DNA of 3,059 nucleotides from a phage, in the sequence record PZ195122.1. The stretch is one strand, 5' to 3'. The notes beneath the pieces are model-generated. The model was not told the DNA's origin and did not search any database. It worked only from the letters and a program-made list of their open reading frames with translations. A program made the translations under genes and the position numbers. Positions 1-3,059 of this stretch are shown here, one piece after another (positions within the stretch are counted from its first letter, which is position 1; each line of letters begins with the position of its first letter).

Positions 1-58
1 GTTTTGCATAAGCGACTCATTCCTGCAGTCTTTTCACCATGCCGTTAGGTTTAGGTGA

Positions 59-77
59 CGGTATGTTCCACATACCG
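59..77 (+). promoter_or_regulatory. Stem-loop immediately 5' of, and sharing a base with, the maturation-gene Shine-Dalgarno
   Basis: Perfect 7-bp inverted repeat seen directly: cggtatg (59-65) and cataccg (71-77), with a 5-nt loop ttcca (66-70). G77 is the first base of the GGAGG Shine-Dalgarno. Confidence 0.4.
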
Positions 78-81
78 GAGG
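77..81 (+). promoter_or_regulatory. Shine-Dalgarno (GGAGG) for the maturation protein
   Basis: GGAGG at 77-81, 4 nt upstream of the ATG at 86-88. Confidence 0.65.
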
Positions 82-85
82 ATCT

Positions 86-1258
86 ATGTTTCCGAAGTCC
101 AATATAGACAGAAATTACAAGGTTAAACTTGTATCTTACGACAAGAAGGGTAGGTTGATTTCCGACGACTCTTTTGAGCAAGTCGAAAACTACCTCTTTC
201 AAAATCGTTCGAGCACGTATAAACCTGGTTATCTCCGTCGTGACTTTCGAAGACCAACTAACTTTTGGAATGGCTTTCGCTATTTTAATCAGCCAGTTGG
301 TACCTTCGTTCGGAAACTCTCTGATGGTGGGAGTCAAGTTGCCGACTATGGTATCGTGAACCCTAATAAGTTCACGGCCAACAGTCAGCACTTGGGGGAC
401 AACATGGTAATTTACCCTGGTCCCTTTTCTATAAACATTGATCAGCGTGCTTCTGTCGAAGTCCTCAATAAACTCTCACAATCCAACCTCAATATCGGGG
501 TTGCGATTGCTGAAGCTAAGATGACTGCTTCATTACTCGCTAAACAATCTATAGCTCTCATCAGAGCCTACACTGCCGCAAGGCGCGGTAATTGGCGAGA
601 GGTGTTTTCGCAACTCCTCATCTCCGAACACCGTTTCAGAGCTCCCGCTAGGGATCTCGGAGGTCGATGGCTCGAACTGCAGTACGGTTGGTTACCCCTC
701 ATGAGTGATATGAAAGCTGCATATGATTTGCTCACGCAAACCAAACTGCCCGCTTTCATGCCTCTAAGAGTTACCCGAACCGTTGGCGGTACACATAATT
801 ACAAAGTGCGTAACGTCGAATCTGCAGGGGATACTTGGTCCTACAGTGACCGCTTGTCGGTGAATTACCGAATATGGTATTTCATTTCCGATCCGCGACT
901 CGCATGGGCCAGTTCCCTCGGGCTTCTTAACCCTTTAGAAATTCTCTGGGAGAAGACGCCCTGGTCGTTCGTAGTTGACTGGTTCTTACCTGTCGGAAAT
1001 CTGATTGAAGCCATGAGTAATCCTCTTGGTCTCGATATCATATCCGGCACGAAGACTTGGCAACTCGAATCTAAACTTAATGCAACGCTTAAGGCATCGG
1101 GTTGGTCTGGAACTGCGAAGCTGTCTGCATACGCCAAGGCGTATGACAGATCAACTTTCTATTCCTTTCCCACTCCTTTACCTTATGTGAAATCCCCACT
1201 TAGTGGGCTTCACTTAGCGAATGCATTAGCCTTAATCAACCAACGCCTGAAAAGGTAA
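86..1258 (+). CDS. mat: Maturation (A / assembly) protein, 390 aa
   Basis: Complete 390-aa ORF with a strong Shine-Dalgarno, first gene in canonical levivirus order. Translation contains blocks I recognise from the MS2 A protein ([70 protein letters not shown]). Stop TAA at 1256-1258. Confidence 0.93.
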   Translation: MFPKSNIDRNYKVKLVSYDKKGRLISDDSFEQVENYLFQNRSSTYKPGYLRRDFRRPTNFWNGFRYFNQPVGTFVRKLSDGGSQVADYGIVNPNKFTANSQHLGDNMVIYPGPFSINIDQRASVEVLNKLSQSNLNIGVAIAEAKMTASLLAKQSIALIRAYTAARRGNWREVFSQLLISEHRFRAPARDLGGRWLELQYGWLPLMSDMKAAYDLLTQTKLPAFMPLRVTRTVGGTHNYKVRNVESAGDTWSYSDRLSVNYRIWYFISDPRLAWASSLGLLNPLEILWEKTPWSFVVDWFLPVGNLIEAMSNPLGLDIISGTKTWQLESKLNATLKASGWSGTAKLSAYAKAYDRSTFYSFPTPLPYVKSPLSGLHLANALALINQRLKR

Positions 1259-1262
1259 TTAC

Positions 1263-1266
1263 GGAG
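1263..1266 (+). promoter_or_regulatory. Shine-Dalgarno (GGAG) for the coat protein
   Basis: GGAG at 1263-1266, 8 nt upstream of the ATG at 1275. Confidence 0.6.
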
Positions 1267-1274
1267 TTAGCCAT

Positions 1275-1667
1275 ATGGCAACTTTACGCAGTTTCGTACT
1301 CGTCGATAATGGCGGTACGGGGAATGTTACTGTCGTTCCTGTTAGCAATGCCAACGGCGTCGCTGAGTGGCTTTCTAATAACTCACGTAGTCAAGCTTAT
1401 CGCGTGACTGCAAGTTATCGTGCGTCAGGCGCGGATAAGCGCAAGTACACCATCAAACTCGAGGTACCGAAAATCGTTACCCAAGTTGTAAATGGTGTCG
1501 AGCTGCCTATCTCCGCGTGGAAGGCTTATGCCTCCATCGACCTGACCATCCCGATCTTTGCTTCTACCGACGATGTGACTGTTATTTCCAAGTCACTTGC
1601 CGGCTTGTTCAAAGTCGGGAACCCTGTTGCCGAAGCTATCTCTTCACAGAGTGGCTTCTACGCTTAA
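1275..1667 (+). CDS. cp: Coat (capsid) protein, 130 aa including the initiator Met
   Basis: 130-aa ORF beginning MATLRSFVLVDNGGTGNVTVVP...NGVAEWLSNNSRSQAY...IPIFA...SGFYA, the signature levivirus coat fold sequence (compare MS2 FVLVDNGGTGDVTV / NGVAEWISSNSRSQAY / TIPIFA). From memory it is closest to the group II phage GA coat. Stop TAA at 1665-1667. Confidence 0.96.
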   Translation: MATLRSFVLVDNGGTGNVTVVPVSNANGVAEWLSNNSRSQAYRVTASYRASGADKRKYTIKLEVPKIVTQVVNGVELPISAWKAYASIDLTIPIFASTDDVTVISKSLAGLFKVGNPVAEAISSQSGFYA

Positions 1668-1858
1668 TGGGTCTGAAAGCAAAACATAAGGAAAACCTAT
1701 GTTCCGATTCACAGAGATCGAAAAGACTCTATGTATGGATCGCACTCGCGATTGTGCTATCCGATTTCACGTCTATCTTCAGTCATTGGATTTGGGGTCT
1801 TCTGATCCTCATTCTCCAGACTTTGATGGACTTGCCTACCTTCGTGATGAATGTCTAA
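1667..1858 (+). CDS. lys: Lysis protein (L-type single-gene lysis), 63 aa
   Basis: ATG at 1667-1669 overlaps the coat stop (TAATG). Translation MGLKAKHKENLCSDSQRSKRLYVWIALAIVLSDFTSIFSHWIWGLLILILQTLMDLPTFVMNV has a basic N-terminal part and a hydrophobic C-terminal transmembrane stretch with an L-S dipeptide, as in MS2 L (LYVLIFLAIFLSKFT). Lies in a different frame from the replicase, overlapping its 5' end. Stop TAA at 1856-1858. Confidence 0.85.
   Translation: MGLKAKHKENLCSDSQRSKRLYVWIALAIVLSDFTSIFSHWIWGLLILILQTLMDLPTFVMNV
1684..1702 (+). promoter_or_regulatory. Translational operator hairpin (coat-protein binding site) enclosing the replicase start codon
   Basis: ACAUA-A-GG-AAAA-CC-UAUGU: a 5-bp lower stem (1684-1688 with 1698-1702), unpaired A1689, a 2-bp upper stem (G1690-C1697, G1691-C1696) and a 4-nt loop AAAA (1692-1695). 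The replicase AUG (1699-1701) sits in the 3' arm. Same architecture as the MS2 operator ACAUGAGGAUUACCCAUGU. Confidence 0.78.
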
Positions 1859-3059
1859 CTAAACATCCCTCACTAGGAGACAGTAATTCGGAGGCACGCC
1901 GTAAGGAATTGGCATATGCCAAACTTATGGATAGTGATCAAAGATGCAAAATCCAAAACAGCAACGGATACGACTACTCTCATATCGAGAGCAGCGTACT
2001 GAACGGCATACTCAAGACCGCTCAGGCCCTAATTGCGAACTTGCTCAAGGGTTTTGAATCTCACTTCCTGAACGATTGTTCGTTCTCCAACGGAGCCTCA
2101 CAAGGGTTCAAGTTGCGGGATGCAGCGCCGTTTAAGAAGATCGCTGGGCAAGCAACCGTTACAGCTCCTGCCTATGACATTGCCGTAGCCGCCGTTAAAA
2201 CGTGCGCGCCGTGGTATGTTTATATGCAGGAAACGTATGGCGATGAAACCAAATGGTTCCGTCGGGTATACGGCAACGGTTTGTTTTCTGTTCCGAAGAA
2301 CAATAAAATAGATCGGGCTGCCTGTAAGGAGCCTGATATGAATATGTACCTTCAGAAAGGGGCGGGATCTTTTATAAGAAAACGCCTTCGCTCTGTCGGT
2401 ATAGATCTTAATGATCAAACGTGTAATCAAGAATTGGCCCGACTCGGCAGCATTGATGGTTCTCTCGCTACTATTGATCTCAGTAGCGCGAGTGATTCCA
2501 TCTCTGATCGCCTCGTCTGGGACCTACTTCCTCCACACGTTTATTCATACCTCGCCCGCATTCGGTCATCATTCACTATGATTGATGGCCGCCTGCATAA
2601 GTGGGGTCTATTTTCTACCATGGGAAACGGCTTCACATTCGAACTTGAGTCCATGATTTTCTGGGCTCTGAGTAAGAGTGTTATGCTGTCCATGGATGTT
2701 ACTGGCTCATTAGGCATCTACGGTGACGATATAATCGTCCCTGTACAGTGTGCCCCAACTCTCCTTAAGGTACTATCCGCTGTGAACTTTCTTCCTAATG
2801 AAAGGAAGACATTTACGACGGGTTACTTTCGTGAAAGTTGCGGTGCTCACTATTTTAAAGGTGCCGACATGAAACCTTTTTACTGCAAGCGGCCAATGGA
2901 AACCCTTCCCGATGTCATGTTGCTTTGCAACAGGATAAGGGGTTGGCAGACCGTTGGTGGAATGTCAGATCCGCGGCTCTATCCAATTTGGAAAGAGTTC
3001 GCTGATATGATTCCGCCGAAGTTTAAGGGTGGATGCAACCTAGATCGTGATNNNNNNCT
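1699..3059 (+). CDS. rep: RNA-dependent RNA polymerase (replicase beta subunit), 3'-truncated by the window end
   Basis: Open frame from the ATG at 1699 for 451 codons up to the N run, with no stop. Blocks shared with MS2 replicase include NGASQGFKLRDAAPFKK, VPKNNKIDRAACKEPDMNMYLQKG, IDLSSASDSISDRLVW, FSTMGNGFTFELESMIFW, YGDDII (YGDD at 2719-2730) and RESCGAHY. Not in the ORF track, probably because it has no in-window stop. Confidence 0.96.
   Translation, partial: MFRFTEIEKTLCMDRTRDCAIRFHVYLQSLDLGSSDPHSPDFDGLAYLRDECLTKHPSLGDSNSEARRKELAYAKLMDSDQRCKIQNSNGYDYSHIESSVLNGILKTAQALIANLLKGFESHFLNDCSFSNGASQGFKLRDAAPFKKIAGQATVTAPAYDIAVAAVKTCAPWYVYMQETYGDETKWFRRVYGNGLFSVPKNNKIDRAACKEPDMNMYLQKGAGSFIRKRLRSVGIDLNDQTCNQELARLGSIDGSLATIDLSSASDSISDRLVWDLLPPHVYSYLARIRSSFTMIDGRLHKWGLFSTMGNGFTFELESMIFWALSKSVMLSMDVTGSLGIYGDDIIVPVQCAPTLLKVLSAVNFLPNERKTFTTGYFRESCGAHYFKGADMKPFYCKRPMETLPDVMLLCNRIRGWQTVGGMSDPRLYPIWKEFADMIPPKFKGGCNLDRDXX
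3052..3057. other. Run of 6 ambiguous bases (N), a sequencing or assembly gap inside the replicase gene
   Basis: Literal nnnnnn at 3052-3057, followed by 2 nt before the window ends. Confidence 0.9.

Larger units (their letters stand above)
1..85 (+). other. Partial 5' untranslated leader of the phage genome, upstream of the maturation gene
   Basis: No ORF in the maturation frame before the AUG at 86. The window does not begin with the G-rich 5' terminal sequence typical of leviviruses, so the true 5' end is probably missing (inference). Confidence 0.6.

Noticed and set aside
174-359. 61-aa + strand ORF nested out of frame inside the maturation gene
   Set aside because: Short, low-complexity hydrophobic translation with no Shine-Dalgarno, entirely inside a well-supported gene. 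No known levivirus product maps here.
17-391. 124-aa minus-strand ORF
   Set aside because: Antisense to the maturation gene with no recognisable motif or Shine-Dalgarno. In a + strand RNA phage the complementary strand is only a replication template, so this is most likely a chance open frame.
568-759. 63-aa minus-strand ORF
   Set aside because: Antisense to the maturation gene; chance ORF for the same reasons as above.
865-1137. 90-aa minus-strand ORF
   Set aside because: Antisense to the maturation gene; no supporting signals.
1665-1700. Possible Qbeta-style coat read-through (A1) extension
   Set aside because: After the coat UAA the coat frame hits another stop within three codons (tgg gtc tga), and the downstream space is occupied by the lysis and replicase genes. 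The layout is levivirus-type, not allolevivirus-type.
720-1918. Three CATATG (NdeI) sites at 720-725, 1272-1277 and 1913-1918 as a possible repeat family
   Set aside because: A 6-mer is expected about 0.75 times in 3 kb, so three copies is only a mild excess. The flanking bases are not otherwise similar beyond the two short palindromes, so this is not a genuine repeat element.
2098-2430. 110-aa minus-strand ORF
   Set aside because: Antisense to the conserved replicase core; no supporting signals.
1-3059. Search for CRISPR arrays, tRNA/rRNA genes, transposase or integrase signatures, or defence-system genes
   Set aside because: None seen. The window is almost entirely occupied by the four overlapping or adjacent phage genes, with no direct-repeat arrays or terminal inverted repeats.

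Overview
The window reads as a near-complete cDNA copy of a positive-sense ssRNA bacteriophage genome of the levivirus type (Fiersviridae, MS2/GA-like). All four canonical genes lie on the + strand in the canonical order: maturation (A) protein 86..1258, coat protein 1275..1667, a 63-aa lysis protein 1667..1858 overlapping the coat stop and the replicase start in a different frame, and the replicase (RdRp beta subunit) from 1699 to the window end, truncated at the 3' side. From memory, the coat protein looks closest to the group II F-specific coliphage GA, and the other three proteins show clear block-wise similarity to their MS2 counterparts; I cannot run a search, so strain-level identity is unverified. 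The coat stop runs straight into the lysis gene with no read-through extension, so this is a levivirus-type rather than an allolevivirus (Qbeta-type) layout. Sequence-visible RNA regulatory structure includes a translational-operator hairpin enclosing the replicase AUG, a hairpin abutting the maturation-gene Shine-Dalgarno, and a candidate long-range coat/replicase pairing. I found no evidence of a novel or undescribed system: no CRISPR array, defence genes, mobile-element signatures or tRNAs. All minus-strand ORFs in the track are antisense to the phage genes and are treated as spurious. The 5' terminus and the replicase 3' end with the 3' UTR are absent, and there is an N run at 3052..3057.
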